Positions 20,822-29,927 of a stretch of DNA of 64,000 nt are shown here, piece by piece. The stretch comes from an uncultured Planctomycetales bacterium. GTDB lineage: Bacteria; Omnitrophota; Gorgyraeia; Zapsychrales; JAHFFX01. A model generated the notes under the pieces. That model saw only the letters and a list, made by a program, of their open reading frames with translations, made no database searches and was not told the DNA's origin. The position numbers and the translations under genes are program-made. The stretch is from assembly GCA_964612665.1 (NCBI GenBank), contig CAZTCI010000002.1, positions 432,334 through 496,333 on the forward strand, given 5' to 3'. Numbering within the stretch: position 1 is the stretch's first letter; each line of letters opens with the position of its first letter.

Positions 20822-21212
20822 TACCTTTTCTCCTCCTGTGTGTGCAGCTGTTATGAAACTAGGCAGTTTAAACTTATTTGTATATCAAAATTAAAACTCT
20901 TAAAGCCGATTAGAGTTTTAAGTTGGGAAGAAATTAAATTTTCTCTACAAATTCAGGGTAAGTCTAAATTCAGCAGATTAAATCCGTATTAACCTAAAAT
21001 TAAGATTTGGTAAATTAATATTAGTTTAGCTGTGATTAACAAGAATTACACTAAAAGTATATAGATAATTATTAATTTATTGTAAAAGCAAGGTTAATTT
21101 TGGGTTAAGAAACGAAATTTGAATAAATGCACGAAGGGAATACGATTACGAGGGCATTTTGGTGGAGTTTAGTCTAATTCACCTTTTTTAAGATAATTTC
21201 ATCTCATTTCCT

Positions 21213-21596
21213 TTACTTAAAATTTAAAAAATACTTAGAAACAATCGAACCTATAAAAACTAGCGCTATTCCTAAGATATTACTTAAAACCACATTCATG
21301 AGAGCCAATTTTATCTCACCATCGCGGATCAAATTAAAAGTTTCCAGCGAATAACTCGAAAAAGTCGTAAATCCACCCAGCACGCCGATAAAAAGGAAAA
21401 TGCGCATATTTGGGGAAATAAATCCGGCTTGAAACAGTTCCCACAGAACGCCGATAATAAAAGACCCTAAAAGATTGACCGCCATTGTGCCCCATGGAAA
21501 AATTACCGCTGAAAAGCGGTAAACCGCTCCGCTTAAAACATAACGAAAAACAGTACCCAACCCACCACCCAATACAAGATAAAAAAACTTTAGCAT
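21213..21596 (-). CDS. crcB: Fluoride ion channel CrcB/Fluc
   Basis: 127 aa, 4 TM, GGLGTVFRY and GGFTTFSS motifs. Confidence 0.85.
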   Translation of the reverse strand: MLKFFYLVLGGGLGTVFRYVLSGAVYRFSAVIFPWGTMAVNLLGSFIIGVLWELFQAGFISPNMRIFLFIGVLGGFTTFSSYSLETFNLIRDGEIKLALMNVVLSNILGIALVFIGSIVSKYFLNFK

Positions 21597-21607
21597 AAAT
21601 TTGCCTG

Positions 21608-21650
21608 ATTAAAAATCAAGGCCTATTTCAACTAAAGAGAATAGGCCTTG
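21608..21650 (-). terminator. Rho-independent terminator after the FKBP gene
   Basis: CAAGGCCTAT-loop-ATAGGCCTTG 10-bp stem followed on the minus strand by ATTTTTAAT. Confidence 0.75.
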
Positions 21651-21671
21651 ATAAAAATTTAAACAAACCGC

Positions 21672-22175
21672 TTATTTAATATCCACAACTTTGACATGAA
21701 ACTTGAGTTCTTTTCCGGTGAGCGGATGATTAAAGTCAACAACAATTGTTTGATCTTTGACTTCTTTAATCCGACAAGGAAAAACATGGCCGGTGGCATC
21801 GTGCATTTCCATCGAGGCACCTGGTTCTAATTTTAAATCTTTAGGCATTTGACTTTTCTGAACTTCTTGAAGACCTTTTGGGTCAACTTTACCATATCCT
21901 TCTTCCGGAGGGACGACGACATCTTTTTCCTCGCCAACTTTCATTCCAGCGAGTTGTTTTTCCAAGCCAGGAATAATTTTCTTCTGTCCTTGGGTATATT
22001 GCAGAGGCGCTTTCCCTTCGGAGGTATCAACCACTTTGCCATCTACGGTCAATGTATAATCAATTGAAACGTTCTTTCCATCGGCCACCACGAGATCCTC
22101 GGCCATTACGCCTCTGGCGGTAAAACCAATAACAGCCAACGCGCCGGCCAGTAAAAAAACATGGATCTTTTTCAT
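21672..22175 (-). CDS. Periplasmic FKBP-type peptidyl-prolyl cis-trans isomerase
   Basis: Signal peptide plus FKBP domain (DGKVVDTSEG...GLEKQLAGMKVGE). Confidence 0.8.
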   Translation of the reverse strand: MKKIHVFLLAGALAVIGFTARGVMAEDLVVADGKNVSIDYTLTVDGKVVDTSEGKAPLQYTQGQKKIIPGLEKQLAGMKVGEEKDVVVPPEEGYGKVDPKGLQEVQKSQMPKDLKLEPGASMEMHDATGHVFPCRIKEVKDQTIVVDFNHPLTGKELKFHVKVVDIK

Positions 22176-22239
22176 GGAACAACTCCTTTACTTCAATGAA
22201 ACATTAATAAAAAATCCCCGCGTCTTTGCGGCCTTTTGA

Positions 22240-22274
22240 TTAAAAAATAAAGCCCGAAAATTCTTCGGGCTTTA
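22240..22274 (-). terminator. Rho-independent terminator after cspA
   Basis: AAAGCCCGAA-AATTCTT-CGGGCTTT stem plus T-tract on the minus strand. Confidence 0.75.
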
Positions 22275-22282
22275 TTTTATTT

Positions 22283-22486
22283 TTAAGATACTTTTGTGAC
22301 GTTCTTAGCTTGCTCGCCTTTAGGGCCTTGTTCAATTTCAAAATCAACTTCTTGGCCCTCTTGTAAGGTTTTATAACCGTCACCCTGGATAACACTGTAA
22401 TGGACAAAAACGTCTTTACCGGATTCGGGTGTAATAAATCCATAACCCTTTTGGTTGTTAAACCATTTCACCTTTCCTCTTGCCAT
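22283..22486 (-). CDS. cspA: Cold-shock protein (CspA family)
   Basis: [18 protein letters not shown]...[11 protein letters not shown] motifs, 67 aa. Confidence 0.95.
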   Translation of the reverse strand: MARGKVKWFNNQKGYGFITPESGKDVFVHYSVIQGDGYKTLQEGQEVDFEIEQGPKGEQAKNVTKVS

Positions 22487-22675
22487 TTGACCTACTACCT
22501 CCTTTCCTGCCTTGGACTATGTAGCTCGTCGAAAAACTTATTTGCTTACTTGAGATCGTGATAAAAATAAATAATCTCAAACTGCAAATATTGTGTATGT
22601 ATAAATTCAGAGGTCACAATACACTAATTTATTTCGTTTGTCAAAAGAACTTTTAATTGTATAAATAGCCCAATT

Positions 22676-24346
22676 TTACTTAAGTTTTTGTTGCTGCAAG
22701 ATTTGCCGAGCTCGACTCAAGGCTAGATCAATGTCAGTTACGACATTTTCTTTGCCCAGCAAATCTAAAAGTCCGGCTTTTTCTAAAGCTGTGTACGGTT
22801 CAGCATTAATGCCTGAAATAACAAAAAAAATCCCATGCTTTCTTGAATTTTGGTATTGCTGACGCAAAACATGAAGTCCTGTGGTATCGATAATGGGAAC
22901 ATTACGCATACGGATGATACGCACTTTAGGCTTTTTCTTGCCGATGTCAGTCATCGCTTCCATAAATTTATATGCGGCGCCGAAAAAAAATGGGCCGTTA
23001 ACTTCATAAACTTCAACTCCCGGTGGAATGTCTTTTTTATCGATTCCCATAGGATCATTAACGGTTTCATCTTCGTCGGTAAACTCGTGCCGAATAACTT
23101 CAACGGAATCAAGGGCCATCCGTCTCATAAAAAGAAAACAGGAAAGCACAACCCCAACTTGGATGGCCACAGTTAAATCAATAAGAACAGTCAAACCAAA
23201 AGTAACCAGCAAAACAGCGGCATCACTACTTGACGTTTTTAAAACCATCCCAAAAGAATGCCACTCGCTCATATTGTAAGCGACCACAATCAAAATGGCC
23301 GCCAGGGATGCTAAAGGAATATAGGCAACCAAATGTCCCATAAAAAACATAATGATTAATAAAACGATCGAATGAATAATGCCGGCTACCGGTGTTCTTC
23401 CGCCATTATTAATATTGGTGGCGGTTCTAGCAATCGCTCCTGTTACTGGAATACCTCCGAACAAAGGCGAAACTATATTCGCAATTCCCTGTGCGACGAG
23501 TTCCATATTGGAGCGGTGTTTGCCACCGATCATGCCGTCGGCGACAACTGCCGATAACAATGATTCAATTCCAGCCAGAAGCGCGATCGTGAGGGATGAA
23601 GGAAGAATTTGATGAATCAATTCTATACTAAACTTAGGAATCGCCGGTTGAGGTAAAACATGCGGAATTTCTCCAAAACGGCTGCCAATTGTTTCAACCG
23701 GTAAATGCCAATAATAAACCAGCACCGTCGATAAAATAACAACGACCAAAGGCCCTGGAATGCGCTGGGTGATTTTGCGCCAAGCTAGAATGATAATGAC
23801 GCAGCTAATGCTTAAAATAAACGCATAAGGATTAATTGTATTGAGGTGTTCTAAAAATAGGCTCCACTTCGCTAAGAAACTAGCAGGAACAGGACCGGTT
23901 TTAAGGCCGAGAAAATCTTTGACCTGCGATGAGAAAATAATGACGGCAATGCCGCTGGTGAAACCTATGACGACTGGATAAGGAATAAATTTAATCGCTG
24001 ATCCTAACCGCGCCAGGCCCATAATGAGCAGCAACACTCCACCCAAAAAAGTGGCCAGCAAAAGACCGTCCATCCCAAATTGCGTTACAATGCCATAGAC
24101 AATAACCACAAAAGCGCCCGTTGGACCGGAAATTTGAACACGGCTTCCCCCTAAAAGCGAAGCGATAAAACCTCCAATGATCGCTGTAAATAATCCCCTC
24201 TCAGGTGAAACGCCGGAGGCAATGGCAAAAGCAATCGCAAGCGGCAGAGCAACAATACCAACAATCAGCCCAGCCACACTGTCAGCGATAAATTGATCTA
24301 AGGAATAATCTTTTAAAGTCGTTATGATTTTAGGTTTGAGCGGCAT
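22676..24346 (-). CDS. SulP-family anion (sulfate) permease with C-terminal STAS domain
   Basis: 556 aa, SulP TM core and STAS-like C-terminus. Confidence 0.85.
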   Translation of the reverse strand: MPLKPKIITTLKDYSLDQFIADSVAGLIVGIVALPLAIAFAIASGVSPERGLFTAIIGGFIASLLGGSRVQISGPTGAFVVIVYGIVTQFGMDGLLLATFLGGVLLLIMGLARLGSAIKFIPYPVVIGFTSGIAVIIFSSQVKDFLGLKTGPVPASFLAKWSLFLEHLNTINPYAFILSISCVIIILAWRKITQRIPGPLVVVILSTVLVYYWHLPVETIGSRFGEIPHVLPQPAIPKFSIELIHQILPSSLTIALLAGIESLLSAVVADGMIGGKHRSNMELVAQGIANIVSPLFGGIPVTGAIARTATNINNGGRTPVAGIIHSIVLLIIMFFMGHLVAYIPLASLAAILIVVAYNMSEWHSFGMVLKTSSSDAAVLLVTFGLTVLIDLTVAIQVGVVLSCFLFMRRMALDSVEVIRHEFTDEDETVNDPMGIDKKDIPPGVEVYEVNGPFFFGAAYKFMEAMTDIGKKKPKVRIIRMRNVPIIDTTGLHVLRQQYQNSRKHGIFFVISGINAEPYTALEKAGLLDLLGKENVVTDIDLALSRARQILQQQKLK

Positions 24347-24393
24347 TTTTTTAAAAGAACAAATATTTAGGAGGGATTTTATTACACATCAAT

Positions 24394-25314
24394 CTAGTCT
24401 TTTACAATATGAACCGTTCGCTGCGGAAACGGGATGGTAATTTGATTTTTTCTAAACTCATCTAAAATTTTCTTATTAAGATCAAAAACAGTGTCCCAAT
24501 AATGTGCCTGCTTACACCAGATGCGGCCGGTCAGCGTAATGCTTGAGTCGGCAAATTCAGAGATGCCGACTTGAATTTGCTTACTTTGCAAAATGCGTTC
24601 GTCCTTGGCAATAAGTCTTTTCATGATAATAACCGCTTTATCGACGTCACTGTCATAAGCCACACCAACTTTTAAATCGATTTTTTTAAATTCAGAAAAG
24701 TTGTGAATGATTTCACCAATGATGTGTTTATTAGGGACGACAATGACTGTGTTGTCCATGGTGCGCAGTAATGTCCTGGGAAGTGTCATGTCTTCGACTT
24801 CGCCTAAAACACCGGCGACTTCAATAATATCACCGACCTTAAAAGGTTTGGTAAAGATGAGTGAAATGCCGGCGGCATAGTTTGATAATAATCCTTGGAG
24901 AGCTAAACTTATTCCGACGCCAGCAACCGATAATCCAGCGATTAAAGGCGCGATTTCGATACCGAATTTACCTAGGGCGATTATTCCGGCGAAAGTGAAA
25001 ATAGCGAGCTTGACTCCGCCTACTAAAAATTTGGTGACTGTTACATCGATTTGACGTTTATGAAGAAATTTAGAAATGAATTTGGTCACAAAGCCTGCCA
25101 GGATCCATCCTAAGATTAAAATAATAAGCCCGCCTAAGACCTGGAAACTGTATTTCACCATGCCTTCAATTAATAAATCAATGAGATGTTTTGCCGTCGA
25201 TAAGGGGGAAAATAGTGGATCGTTTTGAGTGGTTTGGATTTGAGTTAAAAGGCCTTGCGGTGCTGTTGCGGTTGCTGACAAGTAAATTAATTTTTCTTTG
25301 AATATTTGCTTCAT
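24394..25314 (-). CDS. Small-conductance mechanosensitive channel (MscS family)
   Basis: Three TM followed by an MscS beta-domain (FKVGDIIEVAGVLGEVEDMTLPRT). Confidence 0.8.
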   Translation of the reverse strand: MKQIFKEKLIYLSATATAPQGLLTQIQTTQNDPLFSPLSTAKHLIDLLIEGMVKYSFQVLGGLIILILGWILAGFVTKFISKFLHKRQIDVTVTKFLVGGVKLAIFTFAGIIALGKFGIEIAPLIAGLSVAGVGISLALQGLLSNYAAGISLIFTKPFKVGDIIEVAGVLGEVEDMTLPRTLLRTMDNTVIVVPNKHIIGEIIHNFSEFKKIDLKVGVAYDSDVDKAVIIMKRLIAKDERILQSKQIQVGISEFADSSITLTGRIWCKQAHYWDTVFDLNKKILDEFRKNQITIPFPQRTVHIVKD

Positions 25315-25387
25315 AGCACCCTCCTTTTCATGTCAAAATCAAAATTCGGTTCATTGTAGCAAAAGCACTTATTTGTGCAATGCCTTT

Positions 25388-25417
25388 TTGGCAGCGCAAA
25401 ATTACATATGTTATACT
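25388..25417 (+). promoter_or_regulatory. Sigma70-like promoter (TTGGCA, 18 nt, TATACT) driving the long structured leader
   Basis: -35 TTGGCA at 25388-25393 and -10 TATACT at 25412-25417. Confidence 0.4.
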
Positions 25418-25423
25418 TTAACC

Positions 25424-25733
25424 GGTAGTTAAGAAATTGTAGTCGTTCGTTCTTTAACTTTTAAAAAGGTAAACTACTTCGAAAGAGTAGGACCCCTGAA
25501 CCACGTTCGGTTTCAGGGCTTTGAACTTTTCTAGTTCAAAGCCCGTGAATAATTCGTGGGACAGGGCCCTAAACCCAACGTAGTTTAGGGACAAAGCCGT
25601 GAGCCTAATTTTCTTTTATAGAAATATGGTTGTCTGGCTGCCGTTGTCGATAACGTGATATCGATTGTTTTGGTAAGCACGGGTTCTTGGTCCCTTCTTT
25701 CGAAGTTCAATACCTTAAAAGGGGATTAAGAAA
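25424..25733 (+). promoter_or_regulatory. Highly structured 5' leader, candidate riboswitch with c-di-GMP-I (GEMM)-like P1 (GNRA) and P2 (tetraloop-receptor) pieces split by about 95 nt of extra hairpins
   Basis: At least 6 consecutive hairpins; G-U wobble pairs form only on the plus strand. 25467-25493 resembles the GEMM 5' half (GGUAAACUACUUCGAAAGAGUAGGAC); 25588-25629 resembles GGGAC-AAAGCC...CCUAA...UAUGG. Confidence 0.35.
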
Positions 25734-25985
25734 ATGCGAAAAATTATTAGCATGACCTGTGCTGTTTTTCTTTTAAGCAGTCTAAATTTGAATGCCGCTG
25801 TAACACGAGATGTCGCTTACCATGTTGCGGTCATTATTCCCCCGCACGTTGATACAGCTGTTCTTAATTATTTTCAACCTGAAAAAAACGATGCCAAAGC
25901 GGCCGACGACGATTTTGTCATCACAACTGAAAAGGTCATCCGGAATAAAAAACCGGTTATCATACAGACAATAACTACGAAATGA
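25734..25985 (+). CDS. Small secreted protein (83 aa) of unknown function
   Basis: GGGGA RBS about 9 nt upstream of the ATG, signal peptide MRKIISMTCAVFLLSSLNLNA. Confidence 0.55.
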   Translation: MRKIISMTCAVFLLSSLNLNAAVTRDVAYHVAVIIPPHVDTAVLNYFQPEKNDAKAADDDFVITTEKVIRNKKPVIIQTITTK

Positions 25986-26044
25986 GGGCTCACCGTTAAT
26001 CGGCGAAGTCCTCAGCCCTTCTGGGATCCGCAGGAGGGCAATCT

Positions 26045-26106
26045 CTTTTAAAACAAAAGCGGGCCAGCCCTCGTCGCTGCGTAAATCAAGGGCTGGCCCG
26101 CTTCTT
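26045..26106 (-). terminator. Rho-independent terminator (15-bp GC stem) after the 978-aa gene; partly bidirectional
   Basis: AAGCGGGCCAGCCCT / AGGGCTGGCCCGCTT inverted repeat followed on the minus strand by TTTTGTTTTAAAAG. Confidence 0.7.
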
Positions 26107-26123
26107 TGCTAACTGATCTTAAA

Positions 26124-29060
26124 TTATCGCCGCCTTACCGGAAAATTCAAAATAGAAGTGGCCCCTTCCTTCAAATCAACCGTATTTTTTATTTTAGTTA
26201 CGGGAAGATACTGTAACGGCAAAGAGTTAATATCTAAGGTAATCGTATGTTTCCCCGGCGGAATGTCGGTGAAGAAATAACTGCCCTGATAATCGGTCGT
26301 CATGGTTTCGTTGCGATCCAGCGTAACTTTTACGCGCGGGATCAAGATTTCACCGGGATCGACTTTATTGTTTCCGTTAGTATCTTCAAAAACAGCGCCA
26401 TAAATTCCTGAATGGGTGGCGACCGCAAAGTTAAATGTTTTTACCTTGTCCTGTTCAATGATTACGTCTTCATATAAAGGCGTATTGACCACATACCCGG
26501 CGGGAATATTTTCAGGATTGATGGCAATTGAAATTTTTTTGGCGCGGATCGTGGTTTGATAAAAACCAAGATGATTCGTCATAACTTCTCGTTCACCCAC
26601 CTTGACTTTAATTCCTTCCAGGCCTGGTTCGTCCGTATCCTTTTTATTATTGCCGTTTAAATCCTTAAAGACCGTCCCCTGAATGATGCCAAGCGGACTA
26701 TAACTAAATGGCAAATCCCAGGCCGAACGGATGCCCCAACGCAGATCACCTTCAGCGTAGGGATGGTTCTCCCGATTTTCCGCCCAAACATTACGTATTT
26801 CGCCGTCGACAAATAATTCAAAATCTTGTTTAGGCCGGTAAGATAATCCCAGCGTTCCCGAAATACTGTCTTCGCCTGCGAGAAAACTGTGCAAGCTTTC
26901 GCTTTGTTCTTCATTACGATAATAAAAGCCAATTGTGCCGGACAAGCGTTGGTTTAGCTGTTTATTATAATTAATACCCGTTGTATAAACCTGCGGGTTC
27001 GAACGTTCTTTTGAGGAAGTTTCCGTCAGCCATGAATATTCATAATTAAAGAAATAATAAAGCCCTTGTAAAATCCCAATGCGAAAGCCTGTGGTCAACC
27101 CATAACGGTCGAACTCCGAGATCGGCGACAAGGGAAAACGGCTGCGTTGATACACATTACCTACAAACGCCGAAAAAAGCTGCCCGCCTGAAAGTTGAAA
27201 GCTTTTCGAATATGTATCTGAGATTCGCGCGTCACGTCGGGGTGAAATCGTCCCGGGCGTATCAACATAAAAAAGATTAGTACTTAAGCCTGAAGTATCA
27301 TCCAACGGCACTTCAAATGAACTGCTTAAATCATAATTAATTTTATCCGGATGATTCGGGTTCGGAAAAGCCCGGTCTTTATAAATATCGAAATTAGAAT
27401 AAGCGCCCCACTTATCATGCCGATAATTCCAAGTTGCAATACCGCCCAGTTCTCCGCGGTCCGATGGAAAACTACTGACCGTTGTAAAATCTTTATCGAT
27501 GTTACGAAAATTCAACTGTAGATTATTATCCCGACCTCCGAACTGCGTGTTGACCAAGCTTGCAAACCGTTCCTCGTCGTGCGCCACTTCCGCATCAAGG
27601 TACATCTGTTTAAATTTATGACTAGTCTCAACCGAATAGGCCCTCTTTTTAAGGAAGTTCGGGCGGGCCGTTCCATAACCTTGGGCGTAATTCAAGGAAA
27701 CGGAATGATCTTCATGAGGAAACAATGTCGTGCGCAGACCTTCTATATAAGAATCCGTTCTCTTAGTAAGTCCTGGGACCAGATATCCAAATGTCGACTG
27801 GTCCAGCCCCCACAAGGCTGAATAACCTAACTTATTATGAAAGGCTTCGGCATTCAGCAACACACCGCGAAAATATTTTCCAGGAAGCGTGAGCGGTGTA
27901 AAATGCTGGGCCGCGTCGAAACCGCGGATATTGAAATCTTTAAAGTTACCTATCTTTCCATTGGTTAGTCCAACAGTGTAGCCCGTTGCTTTGGTCGTAT
28001 CTTCGAATTTATTAAAAATGGCAGAGGTGTCAAATTCACCATAAGGCGTGGCGCCATAGATTCCGGTATACTGAAGATAATTTAAACTCTGTCTTTTTTG
28101 GCTTCGAACACTATGACCAGTGTAATAAGAACTCCAATCAGACGAATAGGTAAATCTAAAAGGTTTTTCTTTTTCTTCCACTGTCTTTTTAGTTTCCGAC
28201 TGAGCAGTGATAGCCAAAGGATAAATGACCTTCACATTAAATGTCCAGCGTCCGTGCTGTTCCCAAATATGCAGTAGCGTTTCTCCTCGAGCAACCGCTG
28301 TTAATGCTAAGTGGTCATTGTCTAACCGTTTTATCTCAATAAAACCTGGTGTAATAATCAAGTAGCGTTCAATATTTCGGCCGGAAAGAGTGACCGTGGA
28401 ATTTAATTCTACATTTAATTCACTGCGCGGTTGCTGGGCCCATAATCGGTCATCGAGATATATCGTTTGCAGTTCCTGTCCACCTGCTTTTTGGATATGT
28501 GTTAGGCTGGGTTGCGCTTGATGAGGTTCTGATTTTGTGATCGGAAGCGTTGACTTTTTAGAAATTTTGGCCGGTTGAGATACAACAACGGGTGTAGTTG
28601 TGACTAATTCAACCCGCTGGTGGGCTTCGATCGGTTCTAATTGTTGTACAGATTGAGTCTGAACCGTTTGTTTTTGTTGAGATGGCCGTGCTAAGGAAGT
28701 CTTTTGGGAAGTCGCCGGGATAGAAGCGCGTTTGATTTCTTTGACGGAGAGTTTTCCAACAACGACTTGTTGTTTTACCGACGGTGGAAAGGTTTTGACT
28801 GGCGGAAGCTCCTCAATCTTCCCTTCTTTAAAAAGTTCAATTTGATGAAGATAATTCTTGGGTTCTTGAGCTTTCGGGTCAGACAGAGACGCTAAATTAA
28901 AATATAAAATGGCCTTATCGTAATTACCCTGATCAATTGCAGTCTTGCCTAAGTGAATGAGCTCTTGATAAGAAAGGACTTCATCACTTTGAGCGGGGAC
29001 GGGCCAAAACAATAAATAAACAACCACGACCATTCGAAGAAGAAAAGGAAGTTTGCGCAT
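26124..29060 (-). CDS. Large outer-membrane assembly-platform-like protein: signal peptide, TPR, secretin-N/CpaC_N-like domain, beta-barrel, two C-terminal Cna-B/SdrD-B-like beta-sandwich domains
   Basis: TVTLSGRNIERYLIITPGFIEIKRLDNDHLALTAVARGETLLHIWEQHG matches the pilus-secretin N-domain pattern; Y/G/N-rich barrel region; GTVFKDLNGNNKKD and GAVFEDTNGNNKVD repeats. Confidence 0.5.
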   Translation of the reverse strand: MRKLPFLLRMVVVVYLLFWPVPAQSDEVLSYQELIHLGKTAIDQGNYDKAILYFNLASLSDPKAQEPKNYLHQIELFKEGKIEELPPVKTFPPSVKQQVVVGKLSVKEIKRASIPATSQKTSLARPSQQKQTVQTQSVQQLEPIEAHQRVELVTTTPVVVSQPAKISKKSTLPITKSEPHQAQPSLTHIQKAGGQELQTIYLDDRLWAQQPRSELNVELNSTVTLSGRNIERYLIITPGFIEIKRLDNDHLALTAVARGETLLHIWEQHGRWTFNVKVIYPLAITAQSETKKTVEEKEKPFRFTYSSDWSSYYTGHSVRSQKRQSLNYLQYTGIYGATPYGEFDTSAIFNKFEDTTKATGYTVGLTNGKIGNFKDFNIRGFDAAQHFTPLTLPGKYFRGVLLNAEAFHNKLGYSALWGLDQSTFGYLVPGLTKRTDSYIEGLRTTLFPHEDHSVSLNYAQGYGTARPNFLKKRAYSVETSHKFKQMYLDAEVAHDEERFASLVNTQFGGRDNNLQLNFRNIDKDFTTVSSFPSDRGELGGIATWNYRHDKWGAYSNFDIYKDRAFPNPNHPDKINYDLSSSFEVPLDDTSGLSTNLFYVDTPGTISPRRDARISDTYSKSFQLSGGQLFSAFVGNVYQRSRFPLSPISEFDRYGLTTGFRIGILQGLYYFFNYEYSWLTETSSKERSNPQVYTTGINYNKQLNQRLSGTIGFYYRNEEQSESLHSFLAGEDSISGTLGLSYRPKQDFELFVDGEIRNVWAENRENHPYAEGDLRWGIRSAWDLPFSYSPLGIIQGTVFKDLNGNNKKDTDEPGLEGIKVKVGEREVMTNHLGFYQTTIRAKKISIAINPENIPAGYVVNTPLYEDVIIEQDKVKTFNFAVATHSGIYGAVFEDTNGNNKVDPGEILIPRVKVTLDRNETMTTDYQGSYFFTDIPPGKHTITLDINSLPLQYLPVTKIKNTVDLKEGATSILNFPVRRR

Positions 29061-29084
29061 AGTTGATTTTCATTTGAGGCCGTA

Positions 29085-29897
29085 TCAATCTCTTTCCTCA
29101 CGAATAACAAAATGACCGGAATCATCTTTCGTAAAATCGATCTCTTTCACTAAGCTATCGTCTTGCCCCAAATCAAAAGTAAGAACGATCGTATAAGCCC
29201 CAGCTCGAAGATTAGGTGAAATTTTTATTTTAAAAGGTGTCTTTTTGCCTGGCGGTAAATAAAATGGCTGAGTTTTCCCACGGTCAACAATCAGACTATT
29301 TTTATCCATAATGTAATAAGTACAGGATGGGATAAGAATGATGTTCCCGATATTGAGAAAATCACCGCTAACGGCATTATCCTTAAGGGCTGCGTTTTGA
29401 ACTTTCCCTGCCTTATTACGGTTCGAAGGTTCGACAAAAAACAGACTTCCCACTCGAGTGATAATACTTAAACCTGTTTGACTGCGCATAGCTTTGCTGA
29501 CGGATTTTTCAAAAAATAAAACACCATAATGACCGCCTTGAATATTATCTGGAACTTTGATTGAATAGCGGACTTTCTGTTGTCCATAAGAAGGCAAGTT
29601 AAATTCTTGAGGAGAAAATTGAACCCATTGATACATTGTGTAAGGAGTTGATCCGGCCGGTAAAAAATCTTTCTTACCACCATATGGAGGGATATACGTA
29701 AAATCTTCCCAATAAGCTCTAACAATTTGAGCTTCTGGAGAAGTATTGTGTACAGTAATCGTGCCACTAAGAGATTGCCCCGGCGTCACCTGAAGATTGA
29801 TTTTGCCTTCTTCAATCAACAGTTGAGCCGAGGCAGTCTTATGGCCGGTTAAAATCAATAGCGTCGAAAGAATAACGCTGATCAATATACGTTTCAT
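29085..29897 (-). CDS. Periplasmic PapD/FimC-like pilus chaperone candidate
   Basis: Signal peptide; LQVTPGQSLSGTITVHNTSPEAQIVRAYWED and HYGVLFFE match the chaperone N-domain pattern (R.I..........V.N.s..P.L.Q.W.D and ESLFYLN); ATG at 29897 (GTG at 29924 possible). Confidence 0.5.
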   Translation of the reverse strand: MKRILISVILSTLLILTGHKTASAQLLIEEGKINLQVTPGQSLSGTITVHNTSPEAQIVRAYWEDFTYIPPYGGKKDFLPAGSTPYTMYQWVQFSPQEFNLPSYGQQKVRYSIKVPDNIQGGHYGVLFFEKSVSKAMRSQTGLSIITRVGSLFFVEPSNRNKAGKVQNAALKDNAVSGDFLNIGNIILIPSCTYYIMDKNSLIVDRGKTQPFYLPPGKKTPFKIKISPNLRAGAYTIVLTFDLGQDDSLVKEIDFTKDDSGHFVIREERD

Positions 29898-29927
29898 ATT
29901 GCAGTGGCCATTTTTCTTTGTCACTTA

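Noticed and set aside
21597-21671. Looked for a fluoride riboswitch (crcB motif) upstream of crcB
   Set aside because: The 75-nt spacer holds only a perfect 10-bp hairpin plus T-tract, which is the terminator of the upstream FKBP gene. No crcB-motif pseudoknot elements are visible.
22487-22675. Long AT-rich region upstream of cspA considered as an sRNA or tRNA locus
   Set aside because: No cloverleaf-compatible sequence. Most simply explained as the long cold-shock 5' UTR and promoter typical of cspA genes.
25440-25700. Whether the structured region is tmRNA, RNase P RNA, SRP RNA or 6S RNA
   Set aside because: None of the hallmark conserved motifs (tRNA-like CCA end and tag ORF, RNase P P4 GGAAAGUCCGG, SRP domain IV, long 6S bubble) are present. 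The GNRA and tetraloop-receptor pairing favours a riboswitch-type fold.
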